Assembly: GCA_051313645.2 (NCBI GenBank)
Contig: JBNRSN020000014.1
Location: 120,776,001-120,840,000, forward strand
Direction: 5' to 3'
Source of the DNA: Centroscyllium fabricii
Taxonomy: Eukaryota
DNA: 64,000 nucleotides
Part shown: positions 1 through 12,029 of the stretch, in pieces
Numbering within the stretch: the first letter of the stretch is position 1
Layout: each line of letters opens with the position of its first letter
Translations under genes and position numbers: made by a program
Notes under the pieces: model-generated
Seen by the model: the letters and a program-made list of their open reading frames with translations, nothing else
What the model was told of the DNA's origin: nothing
The model's database searches: none

Positions 1-283
1 TCAACCACATGGCTGTGGGTCTGGAGTCACATGTAGGCCAGACCAGGTAAGGACGGCAGATTTCCTTCCCTAAAAGGACATCAGTGAACCAGATGGGTTT
101 TTGCAACAGTCGACAATGGCATCATGGTCGCCATTACCAAGACTAACATTTAATTCCAGAATTAAATTGAATTGAATTTAAATTCCACCAGCTGCCGTGG
201 TGGGATTTGAACCCATATCCTCAGAGCATTTGACTAAGCCTCTGGCTTACTAGTCTAGTGACATAACCACTACGCCACCGCCT
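1..283 (-). mobile_element. tRNA-derived SINE, head and body (fuller copy at 32560-33040)
   Basis: Pol III B box on the minus strand (plus gggatttgaaccc, ~202-214); closely matches 32757-33035. Confidence 0.8.
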
Positions 284-570
284 CCTCATAAAACAGAGAA
301 TTCAAAGATACACAGTAAGTGGAGTGGGGGGGTGGATATATCATAGATGAAATATTATCAACTGAAGAGCAGCCCTTTGTTATGACATACAGTTCAGAAA
401 AGTATTTTATTTTGCGCTCTTGTTTAATAATCGGGGAGCTGGTGCAACTCTCAAAAGTGACTGAGCAGAGCAACTTTGAGTTTAAAGAAATAAAGAAATT
501 ACATGACTGGGACTAGGGACAGGGTCACTGGCAAGGTTTGGAAGCTAAGCAGAGCCAGGCCTGGTTAGTA

Positions 571-963
571 AACATAGAAGATAGGAGCAGGAGTAGGCCA
601 TTCGGCCCTTCGAGCCTGCTCCGCCATTCAATGAGATCATGGCTGATCATCCAAACCCAGTACCCTGTCCCTGCCCCGTCCCCATATCCCTCGACCCCCA
701 TCGAGCCTGCCACACATATCCCACCCTATCCCCGTAACCCCACATATTTAATCCCCCTAACACTAAGGGTCAATTTATCCTGGCCAATCAACCTAACCCG
801 CACATCTTTGGACTGTGGGAGGAAACCGGAGCACCCGGAGGAAACCCACGCAGACAGGGGGAGAATGTGCAAACTCCACACAGATAGTCACCCGAGGCTG
901 GATTTGAACCCGGGTCTCCAGTGCTGTGAGGCAACAGTGCTAACCACTGTGCCACCGTGCCGC
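571..963 (-). mobile_element. HE1-like V-SINE with CR1-type tail
   Basis: tRNA-like head (minus ggttcaaatcc), V-domain (tgtgtggagtttgcacattctcccc...gggtttcctccgggtgctccggtttcctccc), CR1-type tail ending in tctatgtt. Confidence 0.9.
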
Positions 964-1419
964 ACGCCCCTCTTGGATGGGTGACCACCAGGGAATACCA
1001 GGTGCAGAAGGTCATGAAAGGTGCCCCGGGGAGGGGTGGTTGGCTGAAGATTGTCGGAATGATGGAAAGGCGGCGCGCATAGACGCAGCGGCGTTGCTGG
1101 ACTCTTGGGAGCTTGCAAGATCACATTTCGTTGTTCATGTACTTGTGCATTGTATAATGACAATAAAGTTGAATTATTATTATTGAGTATTATGTGTGTG
1201 TGTATATATATATACATACATACATGGGTATGTGTCCATTCACTGTATGTCTAGATCTGCGTTTGTATGTTCAATTGTACATGTTCTCTTTCTGTGCTTT
1301 GGCAACATAAGATGTATCTTGTCATGCCAATAAAGCAATTTGAATTGAAATACACACACGAAAGAATAAACAAACCCTCACCTGAAGTTACAAGTGAAAC
1401 AAAACAGGGAACACGATGG

Positions 1420-1870
1420 AAAGCGAGCAGCTCCCAGCCCAGTCCCTCTAACCAGACAATGGCGGCTGGGGCTCTCGCCTCACCGCTGCCATTGCCCCCA
1501 TCCCCCGTGTGCAGCTAAAGGCTCTGCGCCCTCCCCATGGGCGTGTGGGGGCTGTGAGAGGGTCGAGCAGGCCTCAGGCCGCACTTGCCTGCTTCCCCGG
1601 GAGCCCTGTCCGTGTCCCTGTCTCCGCCCACCCCCGGGCTCGCCAAGTCCCTTCCCCAGCCCCAGGTGTCCGCTCACCTGAGCTCCTTCCGATTCCCTCG
1701 CCTCCTCCTCTTCTTCTTTTTCGCTCCGCCCGCCCCCTGTTTTCGCTCCAACCGCCGTTTCCCACCTTCGCATTTACCGCGCGCGCCGTCACCATGCGCA
1801 GTAGCGCCGCCGGGTCAGCGAGCGAGCACTTCCAGGGCACGTTACCAGGGCGACCGCCCAGTTTCCCAAA
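1420..1870 (-). promoter_or_regulatory. CpG-rich candidate promoter and first exon of a gene running leftward out of the window
   Basis: Non-repetitive GC/CpG-rich block; GC boxes (ccgccc), catgcgca and acttcc motifs; strong minus-strand donor CAG|GTGAGC at 1678/1677. Confidence 0.5.
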
Positions 1871-2071
1871 CAAGTGGGAAGATCCTTGTTCATAAACATC
1901 ATAAGAAATAGGAGCAGGAGTAGGCCAATCGGCCCCTCGAGCCTGCTCCGCCATTCAATAAGATCATGGCTGATCTGATCCTAACCACCAATCTACTATC
2001 ACAGAACCATCTCCTGAATCTAACAGAATTAGACACACGAAATAGGATCTTCATTGCTTTCATTTTATATA

Positions 2072-2197
2072 ATGTAGAGGTGCCGGTGTTGGACTGGGGT
2101 GGACAAATGCAAGAAGTCACACAACACCAGATTATAGTCCAACGGTTTTATTTTAAATCACAAGCTTTCGGAGCTTTTGCCCCTTCGTCAGGTGAAT
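2072..2197 (-). mobile_element. Penelope-like element terminal fragment
   Basis: Matches both arms of 52791-53123; contains a hammerhead core. Confidence 0.75.
2158..2195 (-). ncRNA. Minimal type I hammerhead ribozyme motif
   Basis: Minus strand reads UCAC-CUGACGA-AGGGGC AAAA GCUCC-GAAA-GCUU-GUGA: conserved core, stem II, palindromic stem III, stem I. Confidence 0.75.
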
Positions 2198-2266
2198 GAG
2201 ATTCAAAATTGACAAGCCCAAAATGGTCCGCGGTCCAAAAAAGGTTGGGGACCCCTGATCTACAAG

Positions 2267-5200
2267 ATGCATTGCAGCAACTTGCCAAGGCTTCTTCGGC
2301 AGCATCTCCCAAACCTACAACCTCTACCACCTAGAAGGGCAAAGGCAGCAGGCGCATGGGAACACCATTGTGGCATTTCCACATCAGGGGATAAATGTCT
2401 GTGTATAGTAATTGCATATAAAATCCCCTTTAATTCACAGTGTTCCTCTCCCCTTTAAGAGAGAGGGAAAACGGACTGACGTCATGGCGCGTTTCGCGGG
2501 CTTTTTCTTGTTAGAGTCATTTTGAACAGTAAAGACCTGTATTTGAGTTACTCCTCGTGTTGGCTGAATTATTCGCTAGGAGAGTACAGTCTCCTACATT
2601 GGTGACCTCGAAGCCAGTAAACGTTTTTACTGAGCCACGCAGCAGCTTGGCTACCAGCACTGCAGCCTTAAAACTCCCTGCTTTTTGGGAACAACAATCG
2701 GTCGCATGGTTTGCACACGCAGAAGCGCAGTTCTCCCTACGAAAGGTTGAGGACGATGAATACCTCCATGTCGTGTCGGCCCTCGAGAGCTCCACCGCCG
2801 CAGAAGTCATCGACCTTCTGGAGAAACCCCCAGAAGCTGGCAAGTACGAAGCGGTTAAGGACAGACTCCTGCATGTTTTTAGTCTTTCCAAGGAGGAGAG
2901 AGCACGCAGGCTTCTCTCATTACCAGGTCTTGGAGACTCCACCCCAACCCAGTTAATGAGCCGAATGCTCACACTCCTGGAGTCTCAGCCGCAGTGTTTT
3001 CTTTTTCGGGCTTTATTCCTAGCCTAGCTGCTTCAAAAAGTCCAAGTTGCCCTCACCGGTTCCCCGATTACGGACGGCGTCAAGCTTGCAGCCGCGGCAG
3101 ATAACATTTTCTCCGTGGCCCAGCTCGGCTGCGCAGCAACGAGGTTCCCTTCCCCCACGGAGTGCACCCCGCCTCGCCAGACCGCAGGCCTCTGTTATTA
3201 TCACGCCCGTTTTAGCGCGAAGGCCCACCGCTGCCACCTGCCCTGCACTTTCGCCACAAAACAAAGGAAGCCCTGCCCGACTCACCGGTTCTTCGCCACT
3301 GGCAGACCGCATCTGATCGACCTCCAGCCGCCGCGACGGCCATCGGTTCGGCAGGGAAGCTGCTCTATATCACCGAGGCTGCCCTCCTCATGCGCCCACT
3401 CTATAAAGCAACCAGGGGTAGGACGGGCAATCAACCGCTATCGTGGACAGAAGAAATGTCCTCCGCATTCAACCAAACCAAACGGGCATTGGCCAATGCA
3501 ATGCTCTTGGCGCATTCCATTCCGGGCGCCACGGTTGCACTAACAACCAACGCCTCCGACTACGCAGTTGGAGCGGTACAGCAGCAGTGGGTCGATGGTG
3601 CGTGGCAGCCACTGGTGTTCTTTAGTCATCAATTACGCAAGAACGAACGGGCGTATAGCACTTTTGACAGAGAGCTACTCGCTTTGTTTCTGTCAATCAG
3701 ACACTTCCGATTCTTACTGGAAGGTTGACCATTCACAGCATTCGTCGATCATAAACCGCTGACCTTCGCAATGGCAAAAACCTCGGAACCTTGGTCTGCG
3801 CGCCAGCAGCGCCAGCTCAATTTCATCTCCGAGTTTACCACTGACATCCGTCACGTCGCCGGAACGGAAAACATGGTGGCGGACTGCCTCTCACATCCTT
3901 CTCTTCATACCGTGCATGTGGGCGTGGACTAGACTGCAGCAGTTCAAGAAGGCGGCTCACCACCATCTTCTCAAGGGCAATCAGGGATGGGCACTAAATG
4001 CAGGCCTAGCCAGCCAGCGACGCCCTCATCCCATTAATGAATTAAAAAATTTTTTTTTTAATGGCAGTAGATCAAGTCTCTGACGCCGAAATCCAGTCCC
4101 TGAGATCCGCGGTTACAGGCCTCAACCTGGCTGACATTCATTTCCAGGCGGCCGGTACAACTCTTCTCTGTGATGTTTTGGTCAAAGGTCCTAGGCCAGT
4201 CGTTCCTTCCTCCTGGCGTCGGCAAGTTTTTGATGTCATCCATGGTCTTTCTCACCCAGGCATGCGGGCATCCCAGAAGTTAATGGTCGCGAAGTTCGTG
4301 TGGCCCGGTCTGCACAAAGACGTGAAGGACTGGACGAACCCGTACGTGGTTTGCCAGAAGGCGAAGATCCAGCAGCACACCAAAGCGCCACTAGCCGTCT
4401 TCCCCATGCCGGAAAGAAGATTTGACCACACCCATGTGGACCTGGTTGGCTCTCTCCCGCCGTCGCAAGGTTTCATGCACCTCCTCACCATTGTCAACCG
4501 CACCACAAGATGGCCGGAGGCAGTTCCACTCGCCTCCACCACCGCTGCCGACGTAGCCAGGGCATTTTTATCCTCTTGGGTGGCAAGATTCGGAGTTCCT
4601 GCCGACATCTCAATTTACTTCTCAGCTGTGGAACACCGTCGCTCAGGGGTTAGGAGCCAAACTCCATAGAACCACCGCCTACCATCCACAGGCGAACGGC
4701 CTGTGTGAATGCTTTCACAGGTCATTGAAGGCCTCCCTGCAAGCCTGCCTGCTAGGTGCCTGCTGGATAGATAAATTGCCTTGGGTTCTTCTGGAACTTT
4801 GTACTGCACCCAAGGATGACCTCAACTCTTCTTCGGCCAAAATGGTTTTTGGGCAACCTCTCAGAGTCTCCGGTGAATTTATTCCTTTCGTAACGGAACC
4901 GTGGTCTGCTGCAACACAGCGATCCCTGCACCATGAGGCTGCGAACCGTTTTCGACCGATACCCACGTCCCAGCATAGCCCTCAACACTCCCACATTCCA
5001 AAGGATTTGCAGCAGGCGGAATTCGTTTTTGTGCGCCGGGATGCACACAAAGATCCTCTTCAGGCCCTTTACACCGGGCCCTTCCAGGTATTAGAGGCGG
5101 GAGCCAAATCTTTCCTCATAGACGTCGGTGGGAAACCGGACCACGTCTCGGTGAATCATCTGAAGCCAGCTCACCTGGACCTCAGCTCTGCAGTACAGCC

Positions 5201-5950
5201 AGCTCTTCCGCCACGGCATGGCAGACCTCCAGCAACACCGCTGTCGTCCTCTAGTCCGCCCGTCTGCCGGTCTTCTTCTCCTTCTTCTTTGGCATCTCCC
5301 GCAGAGCTACCTGCAAGTCCGTTGCCAGACCAGCCGTCGGACCTGTCCGTTCCTCCACCTGCCATCCTCCAAGACACTCCGCCTCGTCCGCAGTCCGGGT
5401 ACTACAGCCGCTCCGGTTGTTTGATCAAGCCACCTGAACGATTGACTTTCACGGTTAAAGAGGATTCGGCGGGGGGGGAGGCGCATGTGGCATTTCCACA
5501 TCAGGGGATAAATGTCTGTGTATAGTAATTGCATATAAAATCCCCTTTAATTCACAGTGTTCCTCTCCCCTTTAAGAGAGAGGAAAAATGGACTGACGTC
5601 ATGACTTGTTAGAGTCGTTTTGAGTTTGAACAGTAAAGACCTGTATTTGAGTTACTCCTCGTGTTGGCTGAATTATTCACTAGGAGAGCACAGTCTCCTA
5701 CACCATCACCTGCAAGTTCCCCTCCAAGTTACACAACACCCTGACTCGGAAATATATCGCCGTTCCTTCATCGTCGCTGGCTCAAAATCCTGGGACTCCC
5801 TAACGGCACTGTGGGGAGTACCTTCACCACACGGACTACAGCGGTTCAAGAAGGTGGCTCACCACCATCTTCTCGAGGGCAATTAGGGATGAGCAATAAA
5901 TGCTGGCCTTGCCAGCGACGCCCACATCCCTGGAATGAATTTTAAAAAAC
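2267..5950 (+). mobile_element. LINE 3' end (CR1/L2 group) split by the Gypsy insertion (pieces 2267-2368 and 5703-5950)
   Basis: Sequence reads continuously across the TSD ccat; tail gcggttcaagaaggtggctcaccaccatcttctc...gaatgaat is also seen at 3932-4060 and 32560-32670. Confidence 0.7.
2369..5702 (+). mobile_element. Gypsy LTR retrotransposon, CsRn1-like, internally deleted (no protease, most of RT missing)
   Basis: LTRs 2369-2598 and 5486-5702 (TG...CA), 4-bp TSD ccat, tRNA-Trp-type PBS tggtgacc, PPT; gag LPAFW and CHCC motif CYYH-x9-C-x3-C; RNase H and integrase fragments with stops and frameshifts. Confidence 0.93.
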
Positions 5951-6447
5951 ATAAGAATTAGGAGCAGGAGTAAGCCATATAACCCCTCGAGCCTGCTCCG
6001 CCATTCAATAAGATCATGGCTGATCTTCAACCTCAACTCCATTTTCCCACCCGATCCCCATATCCACTGATTCCCCCGGAGTCCAAAAATCTATCTTTCT
6101 CAGCCTTGAATATACTTAATGACTCCGCATCCACAGCCCTTTGCGGTAGAGAATTTCAAAGTTTCACAATCCTCTGAGTGAAGAAATTCCTCCTCATCTC
6201 AGTCTTAAATGGCCAAACCCTTATCCTGAGACTATGCCCCCTGGTTCTAGACTCTCCAGCCGAGGGAAACTACCTCTCAGCATCTACCCTGTCAATCCCC
6301 CTTAGTATCTTCTACGTTCCAATGAGATCACCTCTCATTCTTCTAAATTCCAGAGAGTGTAGGCCCAATCTTTTAAATCTCTCCTCATAGGACAACCCTC
6401 ACATCACAGGGATCAATCTAGTGAACCTTCATTGCACCGCCTCTAAA
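5950..6447 (-). mobile_element. CR1 LINE 3' fragment
   Basis: CR1 tail; minus strand encodes CR1 ORF2 C-terminal motifs (RRMRGDL, TEMRRNFFTQR). Confidence 0.85.
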
Positions 6448-6478
6448 GGGGCACAGCCAACAAAACTGTAACTTAATA

Positions 6479-6985
6479 CAGGTTGAGCACCGTTAGTCCG
6501 GAAACCGTTAATCCGGCAGCATCAGTCGTCCGGAACGGATCTCCCTGACTGGTTGGCGGTGCTCTTCATCTTCCGAGCAGACGCTAGCCGCGCTTTGTGC
6601 AAAAAAACCCTGTCCAGGGTACAGGGGGGTACCTGACATGCAGAAGGTCTGTGATGCTCCGGCCCCATGGAGTGTTGGACCGGGCTCCCTCCCAGGGCCT
6701 TTTCTGAATGCGCACTGGTCCTGACGGTGTGGCTGCAACTGCGCCCGACCGTCCGGGGCGTGTCCCGATGGCGTGGCTGCAACCACGCCTGACCTTCTGG
6801 GGCGTGTCCCCATCGAGTGCTCCAATCCCGTGATGTGCGCTGCGGTCATTTCGAATGTTCTGCGCATACGCGCGGCCATTTTGAATAGTCTGTGCATGCG
6901 CTCGCCAAAGCGTCAGTCGTTCGGCCTTTTCAGTATCCGGCACGGACCTGATCCCGACCGTGCTGGATTAACGGTGTTCAACCTG
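6479..6985. mobile_element. TA-TSD MITE (Tc1/mariner-pogo type), copy 1
   Basis: TIR caggttgagcaccgttagtccgg / ctggattaacggtgttcaacctg, flanked by TA on both sides. Confidence 0.9.
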
Positions 6986-7704
6986 TACAAAACTTTCAGA
7001 TGGCAAATTCTCTTAAATGACAAACATTCTTGGTTTGGTAATCACCTCAGCTATTGGGATGAGGTGGGGCAAAGAAATGATGAAGATGGCTGGAAAAAAA
7101 GTGATTGAATATCAGATTTGAGACAGCCCAAACATGTGTAGATCAATGAACCGATCAGCATAGTCTTTGCTGCAACAACCATAAATAACACTGCAGAAGT
7201 CTATGTGCTTCAGCAGACGTCTGCTCAAGCCGCATGCCATAGTTTTAAATTGATCTAAAATGTTTGCGCAGATCGCCAGTAGTGAAGCTTCTTAGTTCAC
7301 TTGGATGTGGAAAGTTCTCCCATATACAGTATTGCCATAGTTTAATACTCTTTCTTTAAAGCAGAGTTAACAAAGGTTACTGAATTATGCTTTAGGCTAT
7401 AGGTGCTGTGATCTGCCTACTGGTGCTCCCATACAGTTTCTCTATGTCTTTCTGTGCTCTAAGCATTAGGTTCAATTTTGTGAGATATCTGTTCTTGGTA
7501 CGGTTGTCTGTGAATGCACTGTGCTTTGTGTGCTATCCTATTGTACAAAAAGGGGCATAATTGGCAGTGAATGTGTGTGAAGTTGCTTTGCCTCATTTTA
7601 ACCCTGCTCTTGTGTCACAGCTACCCCTCGAGCTGACCTGTGCTGCCTCCAAATCACTACAGAAATACAACAATACAAACCTAAAAACCCACCTTGTCCC
7701 CAAT

Positions 7705-8065
7705 ACATAGAAACATAGAAGATCGGAGCAGGAGTAGGCCATTCGGCCCCTCGAGCCTGCTCCGCCATTCAATGAGATCATGGCTGATCATCCAAACTGA
7801 GTACCCCATACCTGCATTCTCCCCATATCCCTTGATCCCTTTAGCCTTAAGAAATATATCTAACTCCTTCTTGAATATATTTAATGAATTGGCCTCAACT
7901 GCCTTCTGTGGTAGAAAATAACACCGGTTCACCACTCTCTGGGTGAAGAAATTCCTCCTCATCTCTGTCCTAAATGGCTTACCTCTTATCTTTAGACTGT
8001 GATCCCCTGGTTCTGGACTCCCCTGCCATCGGGAACATCCCTCCTGCATCTAGTCTGTCTAGTTC
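7705..8065 (-). mobile_element. CR1 LINE 3' fragment whose tail matches the HE1 SINE tail
   Basis: HSLKIRGKPFRTEMRRNFFTQRVV on minus; about the last 100 bp match the HE1 copies. Confidence 0.85.
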
Positions 8066-9149
8066 TACAAAAACGATATCACAGCATTTACATTTTAATT
8101 AAAAATGAATGATTCTTCACTGCCAATATTGTCATAGACTCTCTAAATTGACAAGCTCCCCTCTTCAATTGCATCCACGCTTTCTCTCAGTTCAGAATTA
8201 ATGCAAACCAAATTGAGGTGGAGTATTATGTCAGAGTTGATGTATAATGATCAGATGTGCTGTGTTTCATTGTTTAGCATTGAATCAAAATGTAATAGTG
8301 TATATTAGGCTGTGCGGGTGAAATTTTCCTCCACTAACTCCAGTGTGAGTAGGAAGAAAATTCTATCCGAGATGTGTAACAAGCACTATTTGGTCAAAAT
8401 GATATTTGTGGAGGAATCAGCAATAATAATTTGCATATATATGGTGTCTTTGATGAGAATGACATGGAGATCACTGAATTGTGAAACACACCCTTCACCA
8501 AGCATGGTTGAAAGACCATCAACATCAAAGGAAGCTGCATACAACAACAAGCATAGTGAGCTTCAAACAAAGCTGTGAGCCATGCAGAATAAGTGGTGGA
8601 GTGATAAAGCTGAGGAACATCAGATGTACACCAATATGCATGATATGCAAAGATTCTGTGAGGCACTACAAACCATCTATTGGCCACTAGAGGCACCACT
8701 CCCCTAATGGCTGTTGATGGCTGGATCTTGTTGACTGACTGACTCGGTTCTTGGAGGGATCAGCTAACCATTTTAAGAATATACTGAATCCAGCACGAAA
8801 ATCAGGTCATAGATCAACTACCTCAAAGTTCAATCATAGTGTCTCTTGCTGAAGAACCTCCATTGCCTGAGACCAATAAGGCTATCAAGTCTCTCTCCAG
8901 TGGCAAGGATCCAGGTTCTGATGCTATACCTGCTAAAACATATCAAGCTGGAGGACACAAACTAGCTCCGTCTCTGATATTGTCCGACTGATGTGACGAA
9001 AATAATTAATCCCATAAAAGTATAAGAGATGCAGCCATTATCCATCTATTCAAACACAAGAGCAGTAGATATATGTGTGACAATCACAGAGGAATTTCCC
9101 TACTTGTCATTGCAGGGAAAATCCTTGCCAGAATTATCCTAAATCATTA

Positions 9150-9547
9150 CATAGAAGAAGATAGAAGATAGGAGCAGGAGTAGGCCATTCGGCCCTTCGA
9201 GCCCGCTCCACCATTCAATGAGATCATGGCTGATCATCCAAACCCCGCCCCTGCCCTCTCCCCATATCCCTCGATCCCTATCGAGCCTGCACCGACACAC
9301 ATCCCACCCTATCCCCGTAACCCCACATATTCAACCCCCCTAACACTAAGGGTCAATTTATCCTGGCCAATCAACCTAACCCGCACATCTTTGGACTGTG
9401 GGAGGAAACCGGAGCACCCGGAGGAAACCCACGCAGACACGGGGAGAATGTGCAAACTCCACACAGATAGTACCCGAGGCTGGATTTGAACCCGGGTCTC
9501 CAGTGCTGTGAGACCGCAGTGCTAAGCACTGTGCCACCGTGCCGCCC
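9150..9547 (-). mobile_element. HE1-like V-SINE
   Basis: Near-identical to 571-963. Confidence 0.9.
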
Positions 9548-10646
9548 TACATCGAGCATATAGCTGAGAAATTCTTGCCTGATAGCCAGTGTGGATTCAG
9601 AAATGGCAGAGGTATTACTGAGGTCGTTACTGCCAGCCAACTTCAGGAAAAGTGTTGAGAAAAAAACGTCACCGTTACTGGATCTTTGTTGATGTCACAA
9701 GGGCCTTTGATCCAGTCAGCAGAGTGGGCCTCTGGAAACTGCTGGCCAGAGTTGGCTGTCTTGAAAAGTTTATCCAGATGCTCTGCCAGTTCCATGATGG
9801 CCAGAGGCCAGAGCCATGGAAGATGCTGAAGTTTCCAAACCCTTCTCTGTCTTCAGTGGAGTCAAACAGGGTTGTGTTTTAGCTCCCACCTTGTTTGTTT
9901 CTGTGCTTACTAAAGCCTTCAGGAACTTAAAGGAGTATATTCGCTTCAAGACAGATGGCAAATTGTACAATCTCCACCGTCTGCAAACCAAACTAAGAGC
10001 TCTGCAGAAAATGTTCTTGTTTGCTGATGACTACCCTTGCTGCCCAAACAAAAGAGGACCTCCAAGTCATCACGGACCATTTCTCAGATACTTTTAAGAA
10101 ATTTGGTCTCACCATCAGTCTGAAGAAGATTGAAATTATATACAAGCCTGCCTTTGGAAAACCTTACATGCCACTGCATGTAACCATCAAAGAGCACTCG
10201 CTGTCTGTAGTGAATAATTTCACCGACCTAGGAAGCACCTTGCCACGTGATGCACGCCTAGATAATAAAGTGAACCACAGATTGTTTAAAGCCAGTATGG
10301 CTCTTACAAGGCGCCATGTGAGTGTGGTAAACCACTGTTTCCTGTATATATCCACCCTGTTATGTATATATCTGTATTACTGTAATCGTACTATTCTCCA
10401 TGTTGTACCATAGCCTATTGTGTGCGATTACCTGGACATGCCCATACTGGCTCCACCCACGACTCCTCCCTCCCAGGAGGAGGTATATAAGCGGCCGTCT
10501 CCCATCCCCCGGCCATTCCTGGGGACGGTCGACTAGCTGGTGCATGTCCACCATTTAGCGAATAAAAGCCGTATTGTTTCACCCTTCTAACTACTCGTCC
10601 ACGAGGTCGTTATTTCGGTCACAATTTTATTCGCTAAATTTTGAAG

Positions 10647-12029
10647 ATGGACGCAATGCTCAAGCCAGCAACGTTCGAATTGGATCCCCGGACACCAGGC
10701 GCATCAAACACATTCTCGCACTGGTATGACTGTTTCGATGCGTACATGAGAGCGAACGCAGGGGTCGTCAGGACCGAAGAGGACAAACGGCGGCTCCTCA
10801 ACGCCCGGTTGGGCCCTCAGGTGTACTCCATGATCGTGGACGCATCATCATTCTTGGATGCTATCAGGATCCTCAAGGCGGAGTACAACCGGGCACCCAA
10901 TATCGTCCACGCCAGACACATTCTAGCCACCAGAAAGCAGCAACCCGGTGAGTCCAGCGTGGAATTTTTACGAGCGCTGAGAGTGCTATCATGGGCCTGT
11001 GACTGCAGAGCGCAATCGGCTCAGGTCCATGTGGACTGTCTAATCAGAGACGCATATGTTACAGGCCTCAGGTCGGACTATATCAGACAAAGAATGTTAG
11101 AACAGAACGGCCTTGACCTGCAGGCAACAGCGGACCTGGGCAACGCGCTGGATGTGGCATCGTTAAACTTATCGTCATACTCCGGCAACTATACGGGCCC
11201 AGCCCCGACAACTTGGACAGCGCCGGCACAACGGCCGGCAGAAGAAATGATCGCAGCCGCCCACGCTAAGACGGCAAAATGCTACTTCTGCGGGCAGTCT
11301 CAGCATCCGAGACGCAGCTGCCCGGCAAGAGACGCGGCCTGCTCAAAATGTGGAAAGAAGGGACATTGCGCTAAAGTCTGTAAGGCGACTGCAGCCCCAA
11401 AACCGAAACCGGGCAGTGCCGCGTGTGGAACATGGGGGCAGCCATATTGGACTCAGCCACCCCCCACTCAGCACACCGCGTGGCAGCAGACGCCATATTG
11501 GACCCAGCCACCCCCTCCGCAGTACACCACATGGCGGCAGCCATCTTGGGACCAGGCCCCGGAGGACTTCTCGCCGGATCAAGAGGAATCGTCTGATCCA
11601 ATATTAGCATCGGTGACCCTGGACCAGAACAAGGCTCAATCACTCGGGAAGTCGATGATGCCGGTGGGAGTGAACGGACAGGACGTTGAGTGCCTTTTCG
11701 ACAGCGGGAGCACGGTGAGTTTTGTTCATCCGGAAACAGTAAGGCGCCTCTCCCTTAAGGTTATGCCAGCGAGCCAAAAGATCTCAATGGCTTCCAAATC
11801 GGAATCTGCGGACGTCTCCGGGCATTGCGCAGTGGCTCTAACGGTGCGGGGCGTGCACTTTAGTAACTTTAGCTTTTTCATGCTGCCGCAGCTCTGCGCT
11901 CCACTGCTATTGGGTCTGGACATCCAGTGCCATCTCCAAAGCATTACCATGGCGTACGGTGGGCCCCTTCCCCCGCTCACGGTCAGCAACCGGCGCTCGG
12001 CGCGCTACCTGTGGCCTCTCGACCGTTAA
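10647..12029 (+). CDS. Gypsy gag-protease
   Basis: Tandem zinc knuckles (CYFC..H....C, CSKC...GH....C); aspartic protease LFDSGS and LLLGLD. Confidence 0.9.
   Translation: MDAMLKPATFELDPRTPGASNTFSHWYDCFDAYMRANAGVVRTEEDKRRLLNARLGPQVYSMIVDASSFLDAIRILKAEYNRAPNIVHARHILATRKQQPGESSVEFLRALRVLSWACDCRAQSAQVHVDCLIRDAYVTGLRSDYIRQRMLEQNGLDLQATADLGNALDVASLNLSSYSGNYTGPAPTTWTAPAQRPAEEMIAAAHAKTAKCYFCGQSQHPRRSCPARDAACSKCGKKGHCAKVCKATAAPKPKPGSAACGTWGQPYWTQPPPTQHTAWQQTPYWTQPPPPQYTTWRQPSWDQAPEDFSPDQEESSDPILASVTLDQNKAQSLGKSMMPVGVNGQDVECLFDSGSTVSFVHPETVRRLSLKVMPASQKISMASKSESADVSGHCAVALTVRGVHFSNFSFFMLPQLCAPLLLGLDIQCHLQSITMAYGGPLPPLTVSNRRSARYLWPLDR

Noticed and set aside
890-963. tRNA genes suggested by A/B boxes
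   Set aside because: They are SINE heads joined to SINE bodies; no complete cloverleaf seen.
538-984. Recurrent ORFs such as MISHDLIEWRSRLEGPNG and LTRTSLDCGRKPEHPEE
   Set aside because: Translations of HE1 SINE and CR1 tails, repeated at every copy.
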